A stretch of 64,000 nucleotides of DNA, from contig CAVURN010000005.1 in NCBI GenBank assembly GCA_963743915.1, positions 64,001-128,000 on the forward strand. Direction: 5' to 3'. The notes under the pieces were generated by a model, which ran no database searches, was not told the origin of the DNA, and saw only the letters and a list, made by a program, of their open reading frames with translations. Source of the stretch: an uncultured Actinomycetota bacterium (GTDB taxonomy: Bacteria; Actinomycetota; Actinomycetes; JAHEKZ01). The position numbers and the translations under genes are program-made. This document shows, in pieces, positions 1 through 7,786 of the stretch (within the stretch, counting starts at the first letter, position 1; each line of letters begins with the position of its first letter).

Positions 1-12
1 GAGTCCCGTCAC

Positions 13-201
13 TCACCCCAAGTCGTCCCCGCGGCGACCCGCGTACCGGTCACGACGCTCACGCTTGAGGCGGTGCAGGGGGTCGACGTCGTCGTCGAGC
101 TGCGCCGGCCCGAAGAAGAACAGGCCGAGCTGGCGCACGCGGTAGCCGATCCGCCAGGGAATGTCCTCGTACCAGCGGGGACCGGGTTCGTTCGTCTCCA
201 T
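13..201 (-). CDS. small hypothetical protein (~62 aa)
   Basis: ATG at 201 with purine-rich RBS (GAGAAAGGGG); directly downstream of the 916-aa gene on the same strand. Confidence 0.55.
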   Translation of the reverse strand: METNEPGPRWYEDIPWRIGYRVRQLGLFFFGPAQLDDDVDPLHRLKRERRDRYAGRRGDDLG

Positions 202-242
202 GGGTCGTCCCCTTTCTCGGAGCCGAGCCACGCCTTCGGGGG

Positions 243-2993
243 TCAGCCGTCGGTCACGCGGCCCGAGACCGGCGCACCGACCGGGTTGCCGAGCTCATCG
301 CTCATCTCGAGCGTCAGCCACTCAGCCCCTTCGGTCAAGTCGTCGGCCACCGTCGGCACCCTCAGGGACGCCGACGTGGTCTGCTCGGGCAGGTAGAGGA
401 CCAGCTGCAGACCGAGCTCGTGCAGCGTGACGGGAGAGTCGGGAACTGGCGCCTGGCGCCGTAGCCACCTTCGCGGCACGTCGGCGCTGCCGAGCTCGGC
501 CCGATCGGCGGGGTCGGGCACGGCGGACGCCACCACGACGTAGCCGTAGTCGGCCGGCGCGCTGAGCTCGATGCGCCAGCGGAGCGCCGCGCCCTCTGTG
601 ACGTCGGTGGCCAGCGGGGTCACTGACACCACCGGGGCGGGGTCGTCGTCCACGACCACGGCCCGTCCGAAGGGAGTCCGCACGACCAAGTTCCGGACGG
701 CGTACGCCTTCACCGTCCAGGCCCGACGGTCGATGTCGTCACGGGTGTCACCCTCGAACGGGAATCGCAGCACCTCACGGGTGTCGCCCGGTTCGAAACG
801 CACCCGCTCGACGCTGGTCGCGCCGTCCGGGGACAGCACCTCGAGGGACGCGACCGTCACCACGTCGGACGCGGTGTCGAGCACCAGAGGCAACCGTGCG
901 ACGCCGGCACCGTCGCCCTCGGGTGTCTCCACGATCGGGACGTCGAGGCGGGGAAGCCGGGCAGTGGGGAGCGCACTCAGCCCGGGCCGGTAACCACTGA
1001 GATCGAGCACCCAGACTCGGCCACGGTCACTTCTCGCGACCACCCCCGCTGCTGTGATCTCCGAGGCATCGAAGCGGCCGACCTGCGGCAGCCGCGCCCG
1101 GAGTGTCTGGCCCCACACCTGCCCACCGCCCTGCCCACCGGGGAGCGGAAGGAGGCGAGGGGTCTCCAGGGTGAGGACCCGCCCGGCGCTGTCGACGAGC
1201 CGCAGCGCAAGGTCGACCGGGCCATGCTCGGGGTCCAGCGCCACCCGAGCCTCGATCGCTCGGTGCTCGGAGAGGTCGAGCGGCTCCCGCAACGACAGCA
1301 GGGCGCGCCCCTGCCCGCCTGCCCAGCGCAGCTCCATGGCCGGCGCCGCAGGGACACTGGAACCCCACCAGGCGCTGGGCCAGTGCGGCGTCATGATCGG
1401 GTCACGCCCGCGTCCGCACAGGTCGGCGTCCCCCGCCCCGGTACGCCCCTCGCAGAGCGAGGCACCGTCGCTGCCGACAACCCGCCCGTCGAGGCCCGGC
1501 CGGACCGTGACGCGCTCCCCGCCGAGTGCTGCAACCCGAACGTCGAGCCCAGCGGTCGAGGGTGCGGTGACACCGGTTCCGTCGATCATGCGCAGGGCCG
1601 CGGGTGCCTCGCGCAGCACGGCCTCGGCCGAAGCGGTCACGTAGGTCTTCGCCACCTGACGCTGCTCGGCGGCGGCGATCCGCGTCGGGGAGTCGGCCCG
1701 GCACTCCGGTCGGCGAATGGCGTCGTCGCGCGCGTTGGCCGTGGCGAGGCCGGGCGTCCACTCGGTGTTGAAGAAGTTGTGGTTGCCGCCGACCACCGCG
1801 ATCGCAGAACGGAGCGCAGGGTCGTCGGCGACATCCCGAGGACGGTCGACAAAGACCTGACCGTCCAGCGACACCACGTCGCCGTCGCAGGTGGGCAGCA
1901 GGGTGGTCGTCGGTGTGTACGCAGGTGTCTGGCGCAGGGCAGCCGTCGGTGCCAGCGCCACGGTGCCTGCGACGCGCCACGGTGCCGAGGCGTTGGCGTC
2001 GATGGCGACCCGCTGCACTCCCTCGCCGCCACGACTGTGGCCGATGAGCAGAACCTTCTGCAGATCGACCCTTCCCTCCCAGGGCCCGCCCGGGGCAGCC
2101 CACTGCGACCACAGGTTCAGGTGTCGGCGCACGAGCACGGACCGGGCGGCCGTCCCGCCGTCCTCGGTGGGGGTGTCCTGCGCGTTGATGCCGTTCGCCG
2201 AGATCGACACGGTGACGAACCCGCGTGAGGCCAGGTGTCGCTGCAGGTAGGTGAAGCCTCGATGGCTCGGCACGGCCTCCGTGCCGTCCGGACAGGGCCA
2301 GGCGACGCTGAGGCGGCCGGTCTCAGGTCGGTAGCACGTCTCGTGCCGTCCGTGCAGCAGCACCACGAGCGGACGTGCTCCCGCGGCGTCGACCGGCGCC
2401 ACCACCTGGGCGAGCATCTCGACCGGCTCGGGCAGGTCGAGGACCGTGCGGCTCGCGCGGCGGTAGCTCGTGACGGCGACGTCGAAGCGGCCAGCGGCTC
2501 CCGGGTCAGAGGTGCGCGTCACCGTGCGCAGCGACGACTGCCTGGACGTGCGCGACGGGGTGGGGTCCACTTCCGGTGCGCCCGTGAGCGGCATGCCCCC
2601 GGACCAGACGGCGAGCTCGGGGGCGTCCGTGGAGGCGAGCGTCGCCAGCTGCTCCGGTGTCACCCGTGCTGAGACGGTGCGCTGGTCGCGGCGCAGGCCT
2701 GCGGGCGCCAGTGGGCGTCCCTCGAGACGCACCTCCAGCGTCGCGTCGCCCCAGGGCAGGCGCTCCGGGGACCGCCAGTGCAGCACCGGTCCCGCGCTGG
2801 TCGTGCCCAGCGTCCAGCCCAGAGGCAGCGCCAGGGCCGCAGCTCCCCCGGCCGGCATGGCCTGAGCAGGCACCAGAGCACCGCTGGAGACGGTGAGCAC
2901 GGTGGCAATGAGGGCGGTCAGCAGCAGTCGAAAGCGCGAAGTCCACGTCACCCGAAGGACTCTAGAGCGGCGGATCTGCCGGGCGCGCGCCAT
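243..2993 (-). CDS. secreted alpha/beta hydrolase with C-terminal beta-sandwich (Calx-beta-like) region
   Basis: signal peptide; LLHGRH, nucleophile elbow GHSRGG, CDGDV, GGNHNFFN; tail VPTVADDLTEGAE; exact start uncertain. Confidence 0.75.
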   Translation of the reverse strand: MARARQIRRSRVLRVTWTSRFRLLLTALIATVLTVSSGALVPAQAMPAGGAAALALPLGWTLGTTSAGPVLHWRSPERLPWGDATLEVRLEGRPLAPAGLRRDQRTVSARVTPEQLATLASTDAPELAVWSGGMPLTGAPEVDPTPSRTSRQSSLRTVTRTSDPGAAGRFDVAVTSYRRASRTVLDLPEPVEMLAQVVAPVDAAGARPLVVLLHGRHETCYRPETGRLSVAWPCPDGTEAVPSHRGFTYLQRHLASRGFVTVSISANGINAQDTPTEDGGTAARSVLVRRHLNLWSQWAAPGGPWEGRVDLQKVLLIGHSRGGEGVQRVAIDANASAPWRVAGTVALAPTAALRQTPAYTPTTTLLPTCDGDVVSLDGQVFVDRPRDVADDPALRSAIAVVGGNHNFFNTEWTPGLATANARDDAIRRPECRADSPTRIAAAEQRQVAKTYVTASAEAVLREAPAALRMIDGTGVTAPSTAGLDVRVAALGGERVTVRPGLDGRVVGSDGASLCEGRTGAGDADLCGRGRDPIMTPHWPSAWWGSSVPAAPAMELRWAGGQGRALLSLREPLDLSEHRAIEARVALDPEHGPVDLALRLVDSAGRVLTLETPRLLPLPGGQGGGQVWGQTLRARLPQVGRFDASEITAAGVVARSDRGRVWVLDLSGYRPGLSALPTARLPRLDVPIVETPEGDGAGVARLPLVLDTASDVVTVASLEVLSPDGATSVERVRFEPGDTREVLRFPFEGDTRDDIDRRAWTVKAYAVRNLVVRTPFGRAVVVDDDPAPVVSVTPLATDVTEGAALRWRIELSAPADYGYVVVASAVPDPADRAELGSADVPRRWLRRQAPVPDSPVTLHELGLQLVLYLPEQTTSASLRVPTVADDLTEGAEWLTLEMSDELGNPVGAPVSGRVTDG

Positions 2994-3140
2994 TTCTTCC
3001 GCGCCCCTCCCTCCGATTGCGCCATTCGTGGCCCCAGCGTTGCCGTGCCGCCAGAGCCGTCCTAAGGAACGGTTAACGCGCTTCGTTCCGAGGGTGAGGA
3101 AGGCGATGGTCGTGGTGTCCGCCCCTTCCCAGGAGGAGAA

Positions 3141-3650
3141 ATGAACCCAGCAACTCGGATCGCCGCCATCATCGGTGTGTCAACACTGACCTTGGCCGGA
3201 GCCGGCATCGCGCTCGCGACGGTCGGGCAGGCGTCGTCCGCGTCCACCGACGCGCCCGCGGAGACGCCTGTTGCCGCCACCCAGAACGACGGACCGAACC
3301 TGAACGCACTGGCTCGCGAGCTGGACCGGCTGGACGACCGCTCCTCGCACCTGGCCGCCCTGTTGGCCGGTACCCGGGCCCGGGCCGACCAGGTCGCCGC
3401 GCGGAACAGCACCGCCGTCACACCGGTCACGGCACCCGCGGCCCCCAGCGGCTCGTCCGGTTCGTCGTCCTCCGCCGGTGACGACGACTCCGACGACTCG
3501 TCCCACGGCTCGACCGGCGCGTACCAGGACGACGACCGCGATGAGGGCTACGACGACGACGCGTACGAGGACGACAGCGACGACGACGGCGAGGACCACA
3601 GCGAGGACAGCGAGGACGAGGACCACGAGGACGAGAGCCATGACGACTAG
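3141..3650 (+). CDS. secreted/anchored protein with coiled coil and Asp/Glu/His-rich tail
   Basis: RBS AGGAGG; N-terminal hydrophobic helix; DDDAYEDDSDDDGEDHSEDSEDEDHEDESHDD tail. Confidence 0.7.
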   Translation: MNPATRIAAIIGVSTLTLAGAGIALATVGQASSASTDAPAETPVAATQNDGPNLNALARELDRLDDRSSHLAALLAGTRARADQVAARNSTAVTPVTAPAAPSGSSGSSSSAGDDDSDDSSHGSTGAYQDDDRDEGYDDDAYEDDSDDDGEDHSEDSEDEDHEDESHDD

Positions 3651-4132
3651 TCGCCTCTCTCCCCTGGTCCTCACCGCACCAGCAGCGGCTGTGGCGGTCG
3701 TGGTCGTGACCGGCTGGGCAACTACGGGTGCCGACGCGGAGTCCGCGAACCCGGCGCCCGCACCCGCTCCTGCCGCCAAGGTCGTGAATGCCGCACGTCA
3801 CGACGCCTCGGAGGCGCGCGTACTGAGCAAGGCGATCCACGCCGAGCGGGCAGAGATCCGCAAGCTCCAGCACGCACTTGACCGCGCGCGCAAGCGACTC
3901 GCGGCCGAGCAGCGGCAGAGCAACGTCGTCGTCGCGGCGGCGCCGAGCACCAGCTCGTGGAGCTCCGTCCGGATCGTCCGGATCGAGCTCGTCCGGCTCG
4001 GGCGGGTCGTCCGGCTCCTCGAGCTCGTCCGGTTCGAGCTCGTCGGGGTCGTCCGGCTCAGGCGGGTCGTCCGGCTCGGGCGGGAGCACCAGCAGCCAAC
4101 CCTCGACGAACACGACCACCGCGGGGTCGTGA
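3640..4132 (+). CDS. secreted protein with coiled coil and Ser/Gly linker ending TNTTTAGS (one apparent extra base near 3965)
   Basis: ATG 3640 overlaps upstream gene; removing one C at ~3965 joins MTTSRLSPLV... to the GSSGSSSSGSGG...TTTAGS frame, whose TGA overlaps the apbE ATG. Confidence 0.65.
3960..4090 (+). repeat. low-complexity coding repeat (TCGTCCGGNTC units; Ser/Gly linker)
   Basis: repeated tcgtccggatcg/tcgtccggctcg/tcgtccggttcg. Confidence 0.7.
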
Positions 4133-5085
4133 TGGGCACGGCACTCGCACCCTCGACATGGTCGCGTCACACCTTCGCGACCATGGGCACCACGGTCGTG
4201 GTCGAGCTGCCGGACGCCTCGACGGCGCCCGAGCACTTCGGGGCTGTCGAGGAGCTGTTCGACCGCGTGCAGCGCAGCTGCACCCGGTTCGACAACGGCA
4301 GCGACCTCATGCGGGCGAACGCCTCACCGGAGGAGTCCCATGAGGTCAGCCCCGAGTGCGCGGCGATCGTGGCGGAGGCACATGCCGCCTACCGCGCCAC
4401 CGAGGGTCGCTTCGACCCACGGATCCTCCCGTCGCTCGTAGCGGTCGGTTACGACCGCACGTTCGACGCTGTGAAGGAGGGCGTCGCCACCGGCCCGGTG
4501 GCGACGCCCGTCCCGGACCGGTCGGACTGGCGTCCTGCCGTCGGTGCGCGCCGAGTCACCCTCGGGCAGGACCCCATCGACCTCGGGGGCATCGGCAAGG
4601 GCTGGACCGTCGACCAGGCGAGCCGGCTGCTGGCGACTGCGCCGTCCGCGTGGCTCGTCAACGCCGGAGGCGACCTCGCGGTGCGGGGCGACGGACCGGA
4701 CGGTGACGGCTGGACCGTGGGGATCGAGGACCCTCGTGACCGCACCCTCACCCTGGCGGTGCTGCGTCTGCGCGACACCGGGTGCGCGACGTCGTCGACC
4801 GGACGACGCACGTGGCTGCAGGACGGCGAGCGACGTCACCACCTGATCGACCCACGGACCGGGATGCCCACGACGTCCGGTCTGCAGTCCGTCACCGTCG
4901 TCGCCGACTCGACGATGACCGCCGAGGTGTGGAGCAAGGCCCTGCTCATCGCCGGCGTCTACGAGGTCATGGACCTCTGCGAGGAGAAGGGACTGGCCGC
5001 CTACTGGGTCACCGACGACGGCTACACCGGATCCAGCGTGGCGATGCGTCCGTACCTGGTGTGGGAGAGAGGACACGATGTCTGA
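4132..5085 (+). CDS. apbE: FAD:protein FMN transferase
   Basis: FATMGT, DLGGIGKGWTVD, VNAGGD, ATSSTGRRTW, HHLIDPRTG motifs. Confidence 0.92.
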   Translation: MGTALAPSTWSRHTFATMGTTVVVELPDASTAPEHFGAVEELFDRVQRSCTRFDNGSDLMRANASPEESHEVSPECAAIVAEAHAAYRATEGRFDPRILPSLVAVGYDRTFDAVKEGVATGPVATPVPDRSDWRPAVGARRVTLGQDPIDLGGIGKGWTVDQASRLLATAPSAWLVNAGGDLAVRGDGPDGDGWTVGIEDPRDRTLTLAVLRLRDTGCATSSTGRRTWLQDGERRHHLIDPRTGMPTTSGLQSVTVVADSTMTAEVWSKALLIAGVYEVMDLCEEKGLAAYWVTDDGYTGSSVAMRPYLVWERGHDV

Positions 5086-5755
5086 GGTGGTCGAGCTGCC
5101 GACGAACCACAGCACCTGGCGACCGTGGGCGAACGCCGCGGCCGTGGTCACCAGTGCCGTCGCCGCAGGGTGGGCGACCGGGTGGGTCGCCGTCCATGTC
5201 GCCAGTGCTGAGCACCCCAAGTGGCTGCTGGCGCGGGTGTCGGGCGTCGCGGCGCTGCTGATGCTCACCGCGCTCGTGATGCTCGGGCTGCTCCTGGCGC
5301 ATCCGCGTGGCACGGCGCTGCGCTCACTTCCGCGCGCGACCATGCTCCGCGTCCACGTGGGGCTTGCCGCGTTCACCGCCGTCTTCACGACGCTGCACGT
5401 GGTCGTGCTGGCCCTCGACCCGTGGGCCGGGGTCGGCTGGGCGGGGGTGTTCCTCCCCCTGGGTGCGGAGTACCGCCCGCTGCCCGTGACACTGGGCTGG
5501 CTCTCCCTCTACGCGGGTCTGGCCGCAGGACTGACGGCGCGGTTCGCCGGTCAGCTCGGTCGGATCTGGTTCCCCCTGCACCGTGTCACCCTCGCCACCT
5601 ATGCGCTGGTGTGGGCGCACGGCGTCTGGACCGGCAGCGACACCGGCGCACTGCTTCCCCTGTACGCCGCATCCGCTGTCCTCGTCGTCACCACTGCCAT
5701 CAGCCGCTACGCCGCGTCACCGATCCGGACCTCGCTCGGGGGGGCCCGGCCATGA
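5078..5755 (+). CDS. ferric reductase-like (MsrQ-like) transmembrane heme-b protein
   Basis: about 6 TM helices; WLLARVSG, heme-ligand His in RVHVGL, TLHVVV, PLHRVT, WAHGVWTGSD. Confidence 0.8.
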   Translation: MSEVVELPTNHSTWRPWANAAAVVTSAVAAGWATGWVAVHVASAEHPKWLLARVSGVAALLMLTALVMLGLLLAHPRGTALRSLPRATMLRVHVGLAAFTAVFTTLHVVVLALDPWAGVGWAGVFLPLGAEYRPLPVTLGWLSLYAGLAAGLTARFAGQLGRIWFPLHRVTLATYALVWAHGVWTGSDTGALLPLYAASAVLVVTTAISRYAASPIRTSLGGARP

Positions 5756-6960
5756 GCGCGATTCTCGAGGGGCCGATCGCCATCGGTGGGGACGGAACGG
5801 CGCACGCCCAGGGGCACACGCTCCAGGAGCATCTCGCCACCTTCGGGTCGGCTCCCGACCGTCACGACCTGCTCGACCGCGTGCACGAGGCTGAGCTGCT
5901 CGGTCATGGTGGCGCGTTCTTCCCCGTCGCCCGCAAGTGGCAGACCGCCCTGACCGCTGGGGGTCGCGGCATCGTCGTCGCGAACGGCGCCGAGAGCGAG
6001 CCCGTGAGCGCCAAGGACGCCGCTCTGCTGCAGGTGCGCACGCACCTGGTGCTCGACGGCGTCACAGCTACTGCGCGCGCCACTGGTAGCACCGGAGCCA
6101 TCATCTGGCTGCACCGCGGCGCCCGGCACAGCCGGGTCGCGGTCGAGCGTGCCCTGCACGAGCGCCTGGCCAGCGGTGTCCTCGACGTCCCGATCCAGAT
6201 CGTCGAGGGGCCCGACGGCTATCTCAGCGGTGAGTCAAGCGCGATCGTCCGCGCGCTCTCCGGCGGCCCCGCCCTGCCGATCGTGCGCGGCGTCCCTGCC
6301 GCGGTCCGTGGCGTCTCCGACCGCCCGACTGTGGTGCACAACGTCGAGACACTGGCGCGGGTGGCCCTTGTCGCGCGCGGGGCGGATCTGGACAGCGGCC
6401 ACCGGCTGATGACCGTCGCCACCTCCGGACGTCGCGTCGTCACCGAGGTGCCGGCCGACCGACTGCTGGCCGACCTGCTGACGGAGACCCACGGCACCGC
6501 GGATCTGCGCGCGGTGCTCCTCGGCGGCTACGGCGGGACGTGGCGATCCTGGAGTGACGTCGCCGCCCGCAGCGTGGACACGCTGCAGCCCGCGGCCAGC
6601 GCGGGCATCGCGCTGGGCCTGCCCACCGACGGCTGCGGCCTCCATCTGTCGGCCAAGATCCTGCGGTACCTCGCGGCGTCCAGCGCCCGCCAGTGCGGCC
6701 CGTGCCTCTTCGGTCTCGACGAGCTGGCCGATGTGATGGACCGGGTGGCGTCGGGACGCGGACGTAGGTCCGACCTCGATCGTCTCGACCGCATCGCTGC
6801 ACAGGTCGCGGGACGCGGGGGCTGCCACCACCCCGACGGCGCGCTGCGCATGCTCGAGTCGGCACTCGACGTGTTCGCTGCTGATCTCGCCATGCACCGC
6901 CGCGGCCGTCGGTGCACCCTGCGACACGACGCCTTGGTCTCCCTTCCGGAGGTGGCCTGA
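5752..6960 (+). CDS. NuoF-like flavoprotein (NADH/FMN-binding, Fe-S)
   Basis: GHGGAFFP, NGAESEP, YLSGESSA, HNVETL, QCGPCLFG, GGCHHPDG. Confidence 0.85.
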   Translation: MSAILEGPIAIGGDGTAHAQGHTLQEHLATFGSAPDRHDLLDRVHEAELLGHGGAFFPVARKWQTALTAGGRGIVVANGAESEPVSAKDAALLQVRTHLVLDGVTATARATGSTGAIIWLHRGARHSRVAVERALHERLASGVLDVPIQIVEGPDGYLSGESSAIVRALSGGPALPIVRGVPAAVRGVSDRPTVVHNVETLARVALVARGADLDSGHRLMTVATSGRRVVTEVPADRLLADLLTETHGTADLRAVLLGGYGGTWRSWSDVAARSVDTLQPAASAGIALGLPTDGCGLHLSAKILRYLAASSARQCGPCLFGLDELADVMDRVASGRGRRSDLDRLDRIAAQVAGRGGCHHPDGALRMLESALDVFAADLAMHRRGRRCTLRHDALVSLPEVA

Positions 6961-6961
6961 G

Positions 6962-7195
6962 ATGACCCGCCAGACGACTACGCAGCCGCAGCTGCGCATC
7001 GACGCCACCCGGTGCGACGGGGTCGGCATGTGTGCCCTCGTCGCACCTGACCTCGTGACGCTCGACGCGTGGGGGTTTCCGGTGATCGCCGACGTGGCCG
7101 AGCTCGTCGCGTCCGGCCAGATCACCGAGCGTCAGGCGCGAGTGCAGGCCCGTCGCGCGGTTCGGGCGTGTCCGCATCGGGTGTTGAGTGATTGA
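6962..7195 (+). CDS. ferredoxin (3Fe-4S type)
   Basis: IDATRCDGVGMCA ... RACP. Confidence 0.85.
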   Translation: MTRQTTTQPQLRIDATRCDGVGMCALVAPDLVTLDAWGFPVIADVAELVASGQITERQARVQARRAVRACPHRVLSD

Positions 7196-7265
7196 TCCGC
7201 CGAGCGGGGGATCTGTGGTCCCTCGCAAGGGTGAGCGGTGACGTACGACACACCCGTTCGGTTCA

Positions 7266-7291
7266 GCAAGCGCGCCACCGCCCTCACCGAA
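7266..7291 (+). promoter_or_regulatory. putative sigma28 (FliA/WhiG)-like promoter
   Basis: GCAAG-N15-ACCGAA; a second weaker match TCAAG-N16-TACGAA at 7305-7331. Confidence 0.35.
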
Positions 7292-7343
7292 CCAGAAGAT
7301 GTGATCAAGCGAACGCTTGACGGCGTACGAAGGGGGGTCGGCA

Positions 7344-7499
7344 GTGATGGTGATGGCTCTGCTGCAGGACCACGTGCCGCTGTCCTTGCTCTACGACCTG
7401 TGGAACCCCGACGGCCCGGAGTCGTGGGAGATCCTCGCCGTGGAGCGCGGATGGCTGGACCCGCGCAGCCTCGACCGGTCGACGCTCGTCGGCGTCTGA
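7344..7499 (+). CDS. micro-protein, paralog of 17922..18128
   Basis: LLQDHVPLSLLYDLWNPDGPESWEILAVE matches the second copy at 17/29 positions; upstream AAGGGGGG. Confidence 0.7.
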   Translation: MMVMALLQDHVPLSLLYDLWNPDGPESWEILAVERGWLDPRSLDRSTLVGV

Positions 7500-7585
7500 G
7501 GCCGATTTCTGAGGCACCGGATCCCGCTGCTAGAGTCTCCTCTGCTCCGCCGGACGTTCGCGTCAGCAGTAGTCGGCAGGGCACC

Positions 7586-7658
7586 GCGCCGCTAGCTCAA
7601 CTGGCAGAGCAGCGGACTCTTAATCCGCGGGTTCGGGGTTCGAGTCCCTGGCGGCGCA
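7586..7658 (+). tRNA. tRNA-Lys (CTT)
   Basis: acceptor GCGCCGC/GCGGCGC, anticodon arm GCGGA-CTCTTAA-TCCGC, T-loop GTTCGAGTC; CCA not encoded. Confidence 0.97.
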
Positions 7659-7668
7659 CCCGTTTCGA

Positions 7669-7764
7669 TGTTTGGTTCCGGCTGATGCGTGACGTTTTGG
7701 CTCCGGCTGTCAGGTGACATGGCTTCGCCTGATGGGTGACGGTGGCTCCGCCTGATCGGTGACA
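7669..7764. repeat. four imperfect 22-bp direct repeats; probable orphan transposon (IS481-like) end
   Basis: units at 7673, 7698, 7720, 7743, consensus TGGYTYCGSCTGWYNSGTGACR, preceded by TGT at 7669. Confidence 0.7.
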
Positions 7765-7786
7765 CTCCGGAAGTGAGTTGAGCCTG

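Noticed and set aside
3063-3089. TAAG/TAAC 11-bp-spaced repeat and GGAACG/CGTTCC dyad upstream of the ApbE operon as a response-regulator site
   Set aside because: Too short and degenerate to support without comparative data
3478-5085. 535-aa ApbE with a long N-terminal extension
   Set aside because: The VRIVRIELVRL segment is the off-frame reading of a Ser/Gly linker; two genes plus one indel is more parsimonious
7669-7764. Mini CRISPR array
   Set aside because: Repeats are separated by only 0-3 nt, with no spacers and no cas genes
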